54,506 nt of DNA from Bacteroidaceae bacterium (GTDB taxonomy: Bacteria > Actinomycetota > Coriobacteriia > Coriobacteriales > CADBOM01): the NCBI GenBank assembly GCA_963624975.1, contig CAVFRF010000064.1:1-54506 (forward strand), read 5' to 3'. Positions 16,747 through 31,139 of this stretch are shown one piece after another. Position 1 is the stretch's first letter, and each line of letters opens with the position of its first letter. The translations under genes were made by a program, and so were the position numbers. Below the pieces are notes generated by a model. That model worked only from the letters and a program-made list of their open reading frames with translations, had not been told where the DNA came from and did no database searches.

Positions 16747-18309
16747 TTACTTTTCCAGCTCCTCGGTCACGATCTGGTTGACGACCTTGGGGTTGCCCTG
16801 GCCGCGCATCTCCTTCATGACCTGGCCCACGAAGAAGCCCGAAAGCCCCTTCTTGCCGCCCTTGTAGGCCTCGACCTTGTCGGGGTTCTCGGCCAGAAGC
16901 CTAGTCACGATCTCGAGGATTACGCCGGTGTCCGACACCTGCTCCATGCCCTTCTCGGCCACGATTTCGGCGGGGGCCTTGCCCGTCTCCATCATCTCGG
17001 CGAAGACCTCCTTGCCCTGCTTGGACGAGATGGTGTCGGCTGCCAGCAGCTTGCACAGCCCCACGATGCCGTCGGCCGTGGCATGCGTTTCGCCAAGCGC
17101 CACACCGTTGGAGTTGAGGTATGCGCTCAGGTCGTTGATGAGGATGTTGGCCACGGGCTTGGCCAGCGAGCCGTCGACCTTCATGCACTCGTCGAAGAGC
17201 GCTGCCATGTCGTGGTCGTTGGAGATCACTAGCGCCTCGTCGCGCGACAAGCCGTAGTCGGCCATGAAGCGCGCCTTTTTCTGGCGGGGAAGCTCGGGCA
17301 GCCTCGCCCTCACGCTCTCCACGAACTCGTCCGAGAGGTCGTAGGGCGCAAGGTCGGGCTCGGGGAACAGCCTGTAGTCGTCGGCCGTCTCCTTCACGCG
17401 CATCGTCACGGTGCGCTTGTTGGCCGGCTCCCAATGCCTGGTTTCCTGCTGGATCGTGCCGCCCGACTCCAGCACCTCGGCCTGCCTGCAGATCTCGTAG
17501 GCCAGGCCGTCGTGCAGGTTCTTGAAGGAGTTCATGTTCTTAAGCTCGGTCTTGGTGCCGAACTCGGCGGCGCCGCGCCTGCGCAGGCTCACGTTGCCGT
17601 CGCAGCGCATCGAGCCCTCCTCCATCGAGCAGTCGGAGATGCCCAGCTCCAGGAACGCCTGGCGCAGCTCCTGCATGAACAGGCGTGCCTCGGCCGGAGT
17701 GCGCAGATCGGGCTCGGTAACCAGCTCGATGAGCGGGGTGCCGGCGCGGTTGTAGTCCACCATGCTGTGCGTGGCGCCGGTGATGCGGCCGTCCACGCCG
17801 CCGATGTGCACCATCTTGCCCGCGTCTTCCTCCATGTGGATGCGGGTGATGCCCACCTTGGCAAGGTAGCCGTAGTCGGTCCTGGTCACGTTCTCGACGG
17901 TCTCGCCCTCGGCAAGCACCTCTATGCCGGGACGCTCGGCAACGCCGGGTCCGTCGACCTCCAGCTCCAGGTGGCCGCGCATGCAGAACGCCACGGGGCC
18001 CTGGGTGGTCTGGAAGTTCTTGGCCATGTCGGGGTAGAAGTAGTTCTTGCGGTAGAACATCGACCTGCGCTCGATGTCGCAGTTGGTGGCAAGGCCGGCC
18101 AGCACGATCGACTCGATAGCGACCTTGTTGGGCACGGGCAGCGCGCCCGGCATGCCCAGGCACACGGGGCACGTGTGGGTGTTGGGCTCGTCGCCGAACG
18201 CGATGGGGCACGAGCAGAACATCTTGGTCTTGAGAGTGGTCAGCTCGGTGTGAATCTCGAGGCCGATCACGGCCTCCCAGTCCTCGAGGACCTCGGCAAG
18301 CTCCTTCAT
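16747..18309 (-). CDS. gatB: Asp/Glu-tRNA amidotransferase subunit B
   Basis: Trimmed from the 926-aa track ORF to MKELAEVLEDWEAVIGLEIHTEL. Conserved CPVCLGMPGALP is present. The ATGA junction overlaps the gatA stop. Confidence 0.96.
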   Translation of the reverse strand: MKELAEVLEDWEAVIGLEIHTELTTLKTKMFCSCPIAFGDEPNTHTCPVCLGMPGALPVPNKVAIESIVLAGLATNCDIERRSMFYRKNYFYPDMAKNFQTTQGPVAFCMRGHLELEVDGPGVAERPGIEVLAEGETVENVTRTDYGYLAKVGITRIHMEEDAGKMVHIGGVDGRITGATHSMVDYNRAGTPLIELVTEPDLRTPAEARLFMQELRQAFLELGISDCSMEEGSMRCDGNVSLRRRGAAEFGTKTELKNMNSFKNLHDGLAYEICRQAEVLESGGTIQQETRHWEPANKRTVTMRVKETADDYRLFPEPDLAPYDLSDEFVESVRARLPELPRQKKARFMADYGLSRDEALVISNDHDMAALFDECMKVDGSLAKPVANILINDLSAYLNSNGVALGETHATADGIVGLCKLLAADTISSKQGKEVFAEMMETGKAPAEIVAEKGMEQVSDTGVILEIVTRLLAENPDKVEAYKGGKKGLSGFFVGQVMKEMRGQGNPKVVNQIVTEELEK

Positions 18310-19802
18310 CGCTGCCCCCTCTCGCCCTCGTCGCCACGCGCCATGGGCGCCAGCTTGGGCACGTCGGCATAGCATGTCTCGAGCGCTGCGGCCACGCGCA
18401 GCATGTTCTCGTCCCTGAACTGCGGCGACACGATCTGCACGCCCACCGGCAGCCCGCTCGTCTCGCCAAGCTCCACCGGCAGACTCATGCCGCCGTTGCC
18501 CACGATGTTGAGCGAGATGGTGAACATGTCGGAGAGGTACATCGAAGTGGGATCCGAGATCTCGCCGAACTTGAACGCGGTGCGCGGCGACGACGGCAGC
18601 ACGATGGCCGAAACCTTCTCGAACGCCTTGCGGTAGTCGTCGGTGATGAGCGTGCGCACCTGCTGTGCAGGGTAGTAGTACTTGTCGTAGACGCCGGCCG
18701 AAAGCAGGTAGCTGCCCAGCATGATGCGCCTCTTGGCCTCGGCGCCGAAGCCGTCGGCACGCGACAGCTCGTATTGCTCGCCCAGCTCCGCGCCGTCGAC
18801 CCTGTTGCCGTAGCGCACCGAGTCGAAGCGGGAGAGGTTGGAGAAGGCCTCGCAGGGGCCGATCACGTAGTAGGCGCTCATGGCCGCGTACGCGTGCGGG
18901 AGGTCGACCTCCACGATGCTGGCGCCCATCTTCTCGAGGTTTGCGATGGCGCGCTCCACGCCGTGCTTGACCTCGGGATCGAGGCCCTCGGCCTCCATGA
19001 ACGACGGCACCACGCCGATGCTGAGCCCCTCGACCCCCTCGCCCAGGTTGGCGGTGAAGTCGGTGCTCACATGCTGCGACGTGCAGTCGAGCGGGTCGCG
19101 TCCCGAAAGCGCGTTCAGGGCCTGCGCCACGTCGTCGGTGCTCTTGCCGAAGGGACCCACCTGATCGAGCGACGAGCCGAAGGCCACCACTCCGTAGCGC
19201 GAGACCACTCCGTACGTGGGCTTGACGCCCACCACGCCGCAGAAGGCGGCGGGCTGCCTGATCGAGCCGCCGGTGTCGCTGCCCAGCGTGAGAGTGGCCA
19301 TGCCGGCCGCCACCGCTGCAGCGGAGCCGCCCGACGAGCCTCCCGGCACCCTCTCCAGGTCCCAGGGGTTCTTCGTCGGTCCGAAATACGAAGTCTCGGT
19401 GGAGGATCCGAAGGCGAACTCGTCCATGTTGAGCTTGCCCAGCGGAATCGCGCCCGCGTCCACCATCTTCGACACGCAGGTGGCGGTGAACGCCGAGTCG
19501 TAGCTGGCCAGCATCTTGGAGCCGCACGTGGTCTTGGTGCCCAGCTGGTTCATGTTGTCCTTGAACGCGGTGGGCACGCCCGCCAGAGGCGGAAGCTCCT
19601 CGCCCGCTGCGCGCATCGCGTCGACCTTCTCGGCCGCCTCGCGAGCCAGCTCCGGCGTGAGCTCCAGAAACGCATGCACATCGCCATCCCTGGCGTCTAT
19701 CGCGTCGAACGCGCCCTCCATCAGCTCCACCGCCGAGAAGTCGCCGTCGGCGATGCCCTTCTGGATGTCGCGGACGCTGAGGTTCTCTATCGAAACGCCC
19801 AT
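18306..19802 (-). CDS. gatA: Asp/Glu-tRNA amidotransferase subunit A
   Basis: Trimmed to MGVSIENL, giving 498 aa. The amidase signature GGSSGGSAAAVAAG is present, along with the DTGGSIRQPAAFCGVVG catalytic region. Confidence 0.96.
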   Translation of the reverse strand: MGVSIENLSVRDIQKGIADGDFSAVELMEGAFDAIDARDGDVHAFLELTPELAREAAEKVDAMRAAGEELPPLAGVPTAFKDNMNQLGTKTTCGSKMLASYDSAFTATCVSKMVDAGAIPLGKLNMDEFAFGSSTETSYFGPTKNPWDLERVPGGSSGGSAAAVAAGMATLTLGSDTGGSIRQPAAFCGVVGVKPTYGVVSRYGVVAFGSSLDQVGPFGKSTDDVAQALNALSGRDPLDCTSQHVSTDFTANLGEGVEGLSIGVVPSFMEAEGLDPEVKHGVERAIANLEKMGASIVEVDLPHAYAAMSAYYVIGPCEAFSNLSRFDSVRYGNRVDGAELGEQYELSRADGFGAEAKRRIMLGSYLLSAGVYDKYYYPAQQVRTLITDDYRKAFEKVSAIVLPSSPRTAFKFGEISDPTSMYLSDMFTISLNIVGNGGMSLPVELGETSGLPVGVQIVSPQFRDENMLRVAAALETCYADVPKLAPMARGDEGERGQR

Positions 19803-19803
19803 T

Positions 19804-20106
19804 CTAGTTGTCGCCTCCGCCCAGAATCGTGGGAATCTTGAACGACCCGTCCTGGGTCGAGGAGGAATTGGCAAGGGCCTCCTCCTGCGTGAAGCCATCC
19901 TTCGGCTCGTCTTCCCTCATAACGTTTACCAGCCCCGCTATCGGGTGAAACGTGGGCTCTACGCCCTCGAGGTCGAACTCTGTGATGGGAGCCAAGCTTG
20001 CGATGATGTCGTTGAGGTCGCGCGTCATCTGCGTGACCTCTTCGTCGGTGAGGCCGATGCGCGTATAGGTCGCGATGCCCCTCACGTCCTTCTCCGAAAG
20101 AGCCAT
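19804..20106 (-). CDS. gatC: Asp/Glu-tRNA amidotransferase subunit C
   Basis: 100 aa, beginning MALSEKDVRGIATYTRIGLTDEE. It lies directly upstream of gatA with a 1-nt gap. Confidence 0.93.
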   Translation of the reverse strand: MALSEKDVRGIATYTRIGLTDEEVTQMTRDLNDIIASLAPITEFDLEGVEPTFHPIAGLVNVMREDEPKDGFTQEEALANSSSTQDGSFKIPTILGGGDN

Positions 20107-20291
20107 TGGCCATCCTTCTTTCTGGATGTTCGAAACTACCTGCACAAGTATACGTTGAGAGCGCGCCGGCTCATGCGACGCAAGTGGCAAACGCAGGGCA
20201 TGCCTCAGGGTCGCAGCTGCCGCATGGGTGGATCGGCGCCCACATCCGCAGCGGCGGTGGCTCGCTGCATGCCAGAAGCCCGGCGCTCGTC

Positions 20292-21236
20292 CTAGTTGGT
20301 CGTCTTCACCGACACGTTGCCCGAGTTGGAACTCGAGGAGTCGCTGGAAGTCGATGTGCTCGAGCTGCTGGTGCCAGAAGTCGAGCTGCTGGCATCGGTG
20401 CCCGTGCCGCTCGAGCTGCTGCTCGAGCTGCTGCTCGAATCCGAGCCGCTGGTAGTGCCCGACGTGCCCGTGCCAGAGGCGTCCGTCGTACCTGCTGAGG
20501 TGCCCGTGCTCGTGCCCGTCGTGGTGCTGGTCGAGCCCGCGGCTCCCACCGCCGTGTACACCACCTTGCCGGTGGCCACGTCGGCGGTCTGCACCTCGGT
20601 GGAGAACGGCTCCACCACCAGCATGTGGTAGCCGCCGTTGATCATGTAGTAGCACCTGATGTTGCCCGAATACGCATAGGTGATGCTCTGCGACACTCCG
20701 TTGGTGTACTGCGTGGAGTGCGCGATGGAGTACATGGACGCCGCGGTGTCGTAGTCGACCCCCGCGACCGACCTTATGAGCGCGATGGAGTACTTCTCGA
20801 ACGTGGCCTGCCCCGAGTTCGCGCTCGAGGTGTCCCAGAACACGCGGGCCTCCTTGAGAGTGGAGTCGGCATCGTAGGCCGCCGCCTCGAACGACGGCGC
20901 CTTGTCGCTCAGCTCGGCCATCTTGTAGGTGAACGCCTGTCCGGCCGAATCGGCGTCCTGCTTGACGGTGGTCCACACGTCGAGCGAGTCGATGGTGGGT
21001 ATCTCGAGCGAGTCCTCGCTGGACACGTAGTTGATGTTCTCCGAGAGCTTGGCCAGGTCCAGCACCACCACCATGCCGTTGGAGTTGGTGGAGGTCTGCG
21101 TGGTGGGCTTGTTGAACGTGCCCTGGGCACCGCCGCCGCATCCGCCCAACGTCAGCACGGCCGTCATGGCCGCAGCCGCCAGCATTGCCGCCATGCCCAT
21201 TTTCGCGGCCCGCCTCATGCAAGAGAGCTTCTTCAA
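20292..21236 (-). CDS. Lipoprotein with Ser/Thr/Gly-rich C-terminal tail
   Basis: It has a signal peptide with lipobox LTLGGC. The last ~80 aa are low complexity (TGTSTGTS...SSSSSSSSS). No recognisable domain. Confidence 0.75.
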   Translation of the reverse strand: MKKLSCMRRAAKMGMAAMLAAAAMTAVLTLGGCGGGAQGTFNKPTTQTSTNSNGMVVVLDLAKLSENINYVSSEDSLEIPTIDSLDVWTTVKQDADSAGQAFTYKMAELSDKAPSFEAAAYDADSTLKEARVFWDTSSANSGQATFEKYSIALIRSVAGVDYDTAASMYSIAHSTQYTNGVSQSITYAYSGNIRCYYMINGGYHMLVVEPFSTEVQTADVATGKVVYTAVGAAGSTSTTTGTSTGTSAGTTDASGTGTSGTTSGSDSSSSSSSSSSGTGTDASSSTSGTSSSSTSTSSDSSSSNSGNVSVKTTN

Positions 21237-21350
21237 AATCTTCTCCCCAAAAAGTCATATGCCTGCATGCGTTTTTCAAAACTCATTATGCATCGAAACA
21301 TGCGATAATGCCCTCACGCAAAAGGCGACTTGGCAAAAGGGAGGATGGCG

Positions 21351-21599
21351 ATGAGCGCGAAGAGAAGCCCGCATTTCGGAGAGCTGCAGACGCTCGTGGA
21401 CGACCTGTTCGCGTCGCGCAAGACACTGTCGTCCACCGAGCTGGTGCTCAACGCCGAGATACTCGACCTGCACCCCGACCTGCTGGAGATCTGCCAGATA
21501 GTGCCCTTCGGCACCTACGACCGGCAGACGCTGTGCGACCAGATCAACTCCGCCATGACCGCGCACGGCTGGGGCGGCGTGTACGGCACGGTGGAATAA
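21351..21599 (+). CDS. Small hypothetical protein
   Basis: 82 aa from ATG 21351, with AAGGGAGG 7 nt upstream. There are no recognisable motifs. Confidence 0.5.
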   Translation: MSAKRSPHFGELQTLVDDLFASRKTLSSTELVLNAEILDLHPDLLEICQIVPFGTYDRQTLCDQINSAMTAHGWGGVYGTVE

Positions 21600-21637
21600 A
21601 AAGCCGCAGGCCGGCGCTTCTCGCCAGACCTGCGGCT
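21596..21637 (-). terminator. Bidirectional intrinsic terminator (best for clpB)
   Basis: AGCCGCAGG (21602..21610) pairs with CCTGCGGCT (21629..21637). On the minus strand the stem is followed by UUUUUAUUC. Confidence 0.75.
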
Positions 21638-21649
21638 CTTCTGTATCCG

Positions 21650-24325
<2,676 letters not shown>

Positions 24326-24352
24326 CGCTTCTCCTCTCGTATGGGACCGGCC

Positions 24353-24748
24353 TTACTCCAACCCGTCCCAGGGATACCTCTTGGGCTCGTTGTCGACCTT
24401 GACGATGGCCTTGATGGTCTCCCTCATTCTCAGATCGTGGACGTCTTTCTCGAGCTGCCTGTTGCGGCGCTCAAGCTCCTCGATCCTCTTCTCACGCTCC
24501 TCGAGACGCTGCTCGAGGTCCAAAATCCTTATCACTCCGGCAAGGTTGATGCCCTCGTCGGTCAGGTCTCCGATCAGACCCAGGCGGTCGATGTCGGCCT
24601 TCGAGTACATGCGGGTGTTGCCGGCGGTGCGTTTGGGCACCACCAGCCCCTTGGCCTCGTAGGCGCGAAGCGTCTGGGGGTGAACCCCCGTTAGCTCCGC
24701 GGCCACGCTGATCATGAACAGCGGCCTGCTGTCGTCGTCTTTCGCCAT
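24353..24748 (-). CDS. hspR: MerR-family heat-shock repressor HspR
   Basis: 131 aa. It has a MerR HTH (ISVAAELTGVHPQTLRAYEAKGLV) and sits immediately downstream of dnaJ, as in actinobacterial dnaK operons. Confidence 0.9.
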   Translation of the reverse strand: MAKDDDSRPLFMISVAAELTGVHPQTLRAYEAKGLVVPKRTAGNTRMYSKADIDRLGLIGDLTDEGINLAGVIRILDLEQRLEEREKRIEELERRNRQLEKDVHDLRMRETIKAIVKVDNEPKRYPWDGLE

Positions 24749-24787
24749 GGCGTCCTACCGCCTCTCGTCTTGCTTCCAGCCGCGCGG

Positions 24788-25804
24788 CTATGCTCCCAGC
24801 TGCGCGTCTATCTCGGGCCTCGGCCTGTCGCCCGCCTTCTCGTCTGCGCGCTTGAGCGCCTCGAGCGCCTCGCGCTGCTCGCTGGTGAGGTTCTCGGGAA
24901 CCTTCACCTCCACGGTGACCTTGAAGTCGCCGTTGCCATCGCCCTTGACCTTGGGAGCGCCCTTGCCCGAGATCACGAACGTCTTGCCGCTCTCGGTGCC
25001 TGCCGGGATGTTGAGCTTGATCTTCTCGCCCGCAGGCGTGGGCACCGTAATCTTGGCGCCCAGCGCCGCCTCCCATGCGCGAACGGGCAGGGTCATGAGC
25101 ACGTCGGCGTTCTTTCGCGAGAACACCGGGTGCGGCTCTATGCTGGTAACCACCAGCAGGTCGCCGCGGTCGCCGCCATCGGAGCTGTATCCGCCCTTGC
25201 CCTTGTAGCGGAGCTTTCCGCCCTCCACGGCTCCGGCGGGCACCTTGACGGTGACTTCCTCCACGTCTCCCGAGTCGGGATTGCGGAGCTTGATCTTCTT
25301 GGTGGCTCCGCGGAAGGCCTCGTCGAAGGTGACCTTGAGGGTCGTCTTCACGTCGCGTCCCTTGGCGGGGCCGCTGTGACATCCGCCGCCTCCGCAGCCG
25401 CCGCCGCAGCCGCCCGAGGACGCGCCCGCAGAAGCGCTGGCCGCGCCCCTGAACATGTCGCCGAACCCGCCGAAGCCTCCGAACCCGCGGAGGATGTCCT
25501 CCAGGTTCACCTGGCCGCCGGGGCCTGTGGTCGTGTATGTGTATGTGCCGCCGCCGGGGTAACCACCACGGTAGCCTCCGGCGCCCGCACTGCCGGCATA
25601 TTGCCCGAACTGGTCGTACTCCTTGCGCTTGTCGGGATCCGACAGCGTCTCGTAGGCCACGTTGATCTGCTTGAACGCTTCCTCATCGCCGCCTGCATCC
25701 GGGTGCTGTTCGCGCGCCAGCTTGCGGTACGCCTTCTTTATCTCGTCCGTGGTAGCGTCGCGGCCCACACCCAAGATCTCGTAGTATGTCTTCGTGTTTG
25801 CCAT
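24788..25804 (-). CDS. dnaJ: DnaJ-class co-chaperone (J domain, G/F region, no canonical CxxCxGxG zinc-finger repeats)
   Basis: J domain YYEILGV...HPD, then a Gly-rich linker with a single CGGGCGGGGC stretch, then C-terminal substrate-binding domains. Confidence 0.92.
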   Translation of the reverse strand: MANTKTYYEILGVGRDATTDEIKKAYRKLAREQHPDAGGDEEAFKQINVAYETLSDPDKRKEYDQFGQYAGSAGAGGYRGGYPGGGTYTYTTTGPGGQVNLEDILRGFGGFGGFGDMFRGAASASAGASSGGCGGGCGGGGCHSGPAKGRDVKTTLKVTFDEAFRGATKKIKLRNPDSGDVEEVTVKVPAGAVEGGKLRYKGKGGYSSDGGDRGDLLVVTSIEPHPVFSRKNADVLMTLPVRAWEAALGAKITVPTPAGEKIKLNIPAGTESGKTFVISGKGAPKVKGDGNGDFKVTVEVKVPENLTSEQREALEALKRADEKAGDRPRPEIDAQLGA

Positions 25805-25833
25805 GTTCTACCTCGTAGTTCTAGTTCGCCTCG

Positions 25834-26481
25834 CTAGGCCTCGCGCTTGGGGCCTCCGCAGCTCACCACCACCATGGCCGGGCGCAGGTTCTTGTCGCCC
25901 ATCGTGTACCCCTTCTGGTACACCTCCACGATGGATTCGTCGGGCACCGACGCGTCCTCCACCTTCTGCACCGCCTGGTGGCAGTGGATGTCGAACGCGT
26001 CGCCCTTGGCGGGGTCTATCGCCGTGAGCCCCTCGCGAGACAGTATGTCCACGAACTTGGAGTGCACGGCCTTGATGCCTGCCAGCATCGGGTCGTCCTC
26101 GGCAACGCCCGAGCCGTTGATCGCCCTCTCCATGTCGTCCACGACGGCGAGGAGGTTGGAGACCAGCCGCTCGTTGGCGCGTGCGCGCTCCTGCTCGCGT
26201 TCGGCTGCCGTGCGCTTGCGGAAGTTGTCCCACTCGGCCTGCAGCCTCAGGTACTTGTCCTTCATCTCGGCGAGCTGGGCCTCGGGGTCTGCCTGCGTCC
26301 CCTCGGCTCCCTCGCCGCCTTCTGCGGCCTCGGGTTCGGCTTCGGCCTCCCCCGCTACCGCGTCTTCTCCAGCTTGCGCGTCGGCCTCAGCCTGCTCGGC
26401 TGCAGCATCCTGCGCATCGTTTTCGGGAGCGCTGGCCTTCTCCTCCACACCCTCTGCGGCGTCGTTGGTCTGAGCGCTCAT
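25834..26481 (-). CDS. grpE: Nucleotide exchange factor GrpE
   Basis: 215 aa. An acidic N-terminus is followed by the YLRLQAEWDNFRKR signature. Confidence 0.95.
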   Translation of the reverse strand: MSAQTNDAAEGVEEKASAPENDAQDAAAEQAEADAQAGEDAVAGEAEAEPEAAEGGEGAEGTQADPEAQLAEMKDKYLRLQAEWDNFRKRTAAEREQERARANERLVSNLLAVVDDMERAINGSGVAEDDPMLAGIKAVHSKFVDILSREGLTAIDPAKGDAFDIHCHQAVQKVEDASVPDESIVEVYQKGYTMGDKNLRPAMVVVSCGGPKREA

Positions 26482-26483
26482 GT

Positions 26484-28385
<1,902 letters not shown>

Positions 28386-28595
28386 TTTGCTGTGCTCCTT
28401 CCGCAGTTGCCTGCTGTTTACCAAATCCACTGTCTGCGTTCTCGACAAAGTCAAGTTCTCGTTGTTTGCGATGCGGCGTAGCGTCCTTGAGATGCCGGAT
28501 AGCCGTCTCGCCCGCGCAATCTCTCGATCCTCTCGGTCGAAAACTTGCACTTCAGATTTTCTTTGCTTTTGCGTCTTATAAAATCTGCGTGTCCT

Positions 28596-28624
28596 ACTAT
28601 AAGATTTTTTGACAGACAATTCAA
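28596..28624 (-). promoter_or_regulatory. Sigma-70-type promoter for the dnaK operon
   Basis: On the minus strand it reads TTGAAT (28624..28619), a 17-nt spacer, then TATAGT (28601..28596). It lies about 210 nt upstream of the dnaK start. Confidence 0.6.
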
Positions 28625-28685
28625 CACTTAATTTGCAAAAACTTTTTGAATCTGGTATAGGGGCTGCGCTGGAGCAACCGGGCGC

Positions 28686-29570
28686 CTAGGATTGCGCCGC
28701 GTCGAACTTCTCCAGAAGGGTGTCCATGAACGCCCGAACCGCCGCCGAGCGCTTGACCGCCGGGCGCGTGACCAGCCCGATCGTCTTGATGGCGGGCTTT
28801 GCAAGCGGCCTGATCTCGATGTCGTAGGGGCAGCGCTCGAGGATGAGCGAAGGCAGGATACCCACGCCCAGCCCGGCTTCCACCATGGCCATGATGATAT
28901 GGTCGTTCCACGTCTTGAAGAACGGTGTGGCCACGCCGCCGCATTCGGCGAACACCTCGCGCACCTCCTGGTTGCCGTCCTTCTCGACCAGGAAGAGCCT
29001 CTCCTCCAGCAGGTCGCGCGCCTCGACCTTCTCGCACTTAGCCAGCCTGTGGCCCCGGGGCAGCACGGCCAGGAACTCGTCTTGCGCGAAGGGCACCGCG
29101 TCGAGCGACCTCGAGCACGGCAGGCGGGTGATCGCGCAGTCGGCCCTTCCCTCCTCGACCCATTTGTCGATCTCGAAGTAGTCGCCCAGCAGGATCTCGT
29201 ACGTGATCTGGGGGTGGTCCTGCAAGAACTCGCATATGAGCTTGGGCAGGTAGTGCGTGGCGAAGCTCGCCATGGTGGCGATCTTCACGTGTCCCACCGT
29301 GGCGCCCTCGAGGCCGTGCACCGTCGAGGCGAACTCGTCCTGGGCCTCCACTATCCTGCGCGCCGCCGCCAGCAACGCCTCGCCCTGGCCGGTGAGGCAC
29401 ACGCCCGCACGCGACCTTTCCAGCAACGCGACGTTCCACTCCTGCTCGAGGGCCGAGATCATCCTGCTCATGGCCGACTGCGAAAAGCCCATGTCGGCTG
29501 CCGCCGCGCTGAGACTGCCCAGCTCCACTGTCCTTATAAATGCACGGTAGCGCGTGATCGACCCGTCCAT
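28686..29570 (-). CDS. LysR-family transcriptional regulator
   Basis: Trimmed to MDGSITRYRAFIRTVELGSLSAAAADMGFSQSAMSRMISALE (LysR HTH), giving 294 aa. It is divergent from the EamA gene. Confidence 0.9.
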   Translation of the reverse strand: MDGSITRYRAFIRTVELGSLSAAAADMGFSQSAMSRMISALEQEWNVALLERSRAGVCLTGQGEALLAAARRIVEAQDEFASTVHGLEGATVGHVKIATMASFATHYLPKLICEFLQDHPQITYEILLGDYFEIDKWVEEGRADCAITRLPCSRSLDAVPFAQDEFLAVLPRGHRLAKCEKVEARDLLEERLFLVEKDGNQEVREVFAECGGVATPFFKTWNDHIIMAMVEAGLGVGILPSLILERCPYDIEIRPLAKPAIKTIGLVTRPAVKRSAAVRAFMDTLLEKFDAAQS

Positions 29571-29728
29571 GGGCGTTGTCCTTTCCAGTCGAGTGCTCGC
29601 TGCAACAGATATGCGTTTTGCGCAATCTAATGTTTTGATACTTGCAGATTGAGTATACACGAGCTTGGGATAGCATGTTCCATGCAGCACATTCCCTTCC
29701 GAGGGAGTGCCGGTTTGGGCAGATAGCT

Positions 29729-31009
29729 ATGACAAGGAGACAGCGGGTGGCACACAGCGGGACATTTATAGCGAGTTCTGCCGACAGTGCCGCATGCGCC
29801 GGCGATTGGATCTGCGACGACTCCGAAAGCGCCGGAGCATCCTCCTTGAGAAATGCCGGCTCCGATGCTTCCAGCAAATGCGTGGTTGGCGATGGTGCGA
29901 TCGCAGGAGCCAGCGGCAAATGTGCGGATGGCGACGGGGCGATCACGAAAGGCAATGCGTCATGCGCGATCGACGCCGAGTCCGCTGTCGAGTTGGAATC
30001 CTTCCGCGTTTGCGGACGTGGAGCGTCTGCGACCCGCACCCGCAGCCTGGCTTCCAGCTATGCGAAGTTCGTGCCGGCTCTCCTGCTGTTCGGATCCAAC
30101 GGCATCGTGGCCAGCGGCATCGAGCTTGGCAGCATGCAGATCATCTTCTTCCGAACGCTGCTGGGCACCTTGCTCATGGGCATACTCGTGGCTTTGAGCC
30201 ACGTTGCGAATGCAAGGCGCACGGGAGCGGTCGACACCGCGACGGCGCAGACAGGCACGATCGTGCACGGCGCGGGCAAGCGCGTCTCGCCCATCAGCAT
30301 CCTGCTGGTAGTGGCATCGGGGACGTTCATGGGCATTAGCTGGATGTTCCAATACGCCGCGTATGCGACGGTGGGCATCGCCTCCACTTCGCTCATCTAC
30401 TGTCTGGGACCCGTGTTGGTGGTGGCCACGTCTCCGCTCCTCTTCGGGGAGAAGATCGAGGCGCGCAAGCTCGTGGCTTTCGCGCTGGCACTGGCGGGCA
30501 TCGCGCTGGTGAGCACCGGGTACGGAGCCGCGCAGTTCGACCTTGCCGGAATCGTGTTCGCGCTCATGTGCGCCTTGTCGTATACAGGTCTGGTGATTTG
30601 CAACAAGCTGGCCAGCGCAGGCGACCGCATACCGCCGAAGGGCACGACCATCTGCCTGCTGCAGCTGGGTTCGGCGTTTGCGGTCACGGCCATCTGCTGC
30701 GCCGCTACCGGCAACCTTCCGCTGCAGGTTCCCGAAAGCAGCATCGCGCCCATCCTGGTGCTCGGACTTATCAACACGGGGCTTGGATGCTACCTGTATT
30801 TCTCGAGCATCGGTGGCATCCCCGCGCAGTCGGTGGCCATCATGGGGTATCTCGAACCCATGTCGTCAACAGTTCTAGCTGGTCTTTTCCTGGGGGAGAG
30901 CCTCTCGGTGCAACAGCTTGCCGGGGCAGCTCTCATAGCATGCGGAGCCTTGGGATGCGAGTTGCGGCCGAGCGTACTCGCCACCCAAAGACGGACGGCG
31001 CGCAGATAG
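29729..31009 (+). CDS. EamA/DMT-family transporter; start uncertain
   Basis: The ten-TM EamA-like body begins near 30050 (YAKFVPALLLFGSNGIVA...). In-frame starts are ATG 29729 (426 aa) or TTG 29993 (338 aa). Confidence 0.8.
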   Translation: MTRRQRVAHSGTFIASSADSAACAGDWICDDSESAGASSLRNAGSDASSKCVVGDGAIAGASGKCADGDGAITKGNASCAIDAESAVELESFRVCGRGASATRTRSLASSYAKFVPALLLFGSNGIVASGIELGSMQIIFFRTLLGTLLMGILVALSHVANARRTGAVDTATAQTGTIVHGAGKRVSPISILLVVASGTFMGISWMFQYAAYATVGIASTSLIYCLGPVLVVATSPLLFGEKIEARKLVAFALALAGIALVSTGYGAAQFDLAGIVFALMCALSYTGLVICNKLASAGDRIPPKGTTICLLQLGSAFAVTAICCAATGNLPLQVPESSIAPILVLGLINTGLGCYLYFSSIGGIPAQSVAIMGYLEPMSSTVLAGLFLGESLSVQQLAGAALIACGALGCELRPSVLATQRRTARR

Positions 31010-31139
31010 CCTCCCGAATCTGCGGGCCAGTCCAGCATCCGCCCAAAGCACAACGGGCGCGGGTCTGGCAATCCTACGTCCGTTGTGCTATCAAGTTGTG
31101 TATCGCACCAAATACGCATCATCATGGGAAGGGGTTTTC

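Noticed and set aside
15704-16867. 387-aa plus-strand ORF across the DUF47 gene
   Set aside because: It is antisense to the DUF47/PhoU-like gene. The product is His/Arg/Val-rich and has no motifs.
20296-20560. Short tandem DNA repeats (GCTGCTCGAGCTGCT...) as a possible CRISPR or VNTR
   Set aside because: They lie inside the lipoprotein gene and encode its Ser/Thr/Gly low-complexity tail. There is no repeat-spacer organisation, and no CRISPR array anywhere in the window.
16747-21279. Over-long track ORFs (926, 530 and 491 aa) spanning gatB, gatA and gatC
   Set aside because: The N-terminal extensions run through the upstream gene in another frame and are Arg/Gly-rich nonsense. I trimmed them to the Met that begins the conserved GatB, GatA and GatC sequences, and these give ATGA or 1-nt junctions. 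I trimmed these track ORFs in the same way:
- 5187..6062
- 6103..7467
- 26484..28619
- 28686..29690
- 35488..36642
- 36546..37583
- 36989..39157
- 46721..47695
- 50941..52053
28386-28595. Canonical HAIR (HspR) or CIRCE (HrcA) operator in the dnaK leader
   Set aside because: Only half-site-like strings were found. No CTTGAGT-N7-ACTCAAG or TTAGCACTC-N9-GAGTGCTAA could be located by eye.
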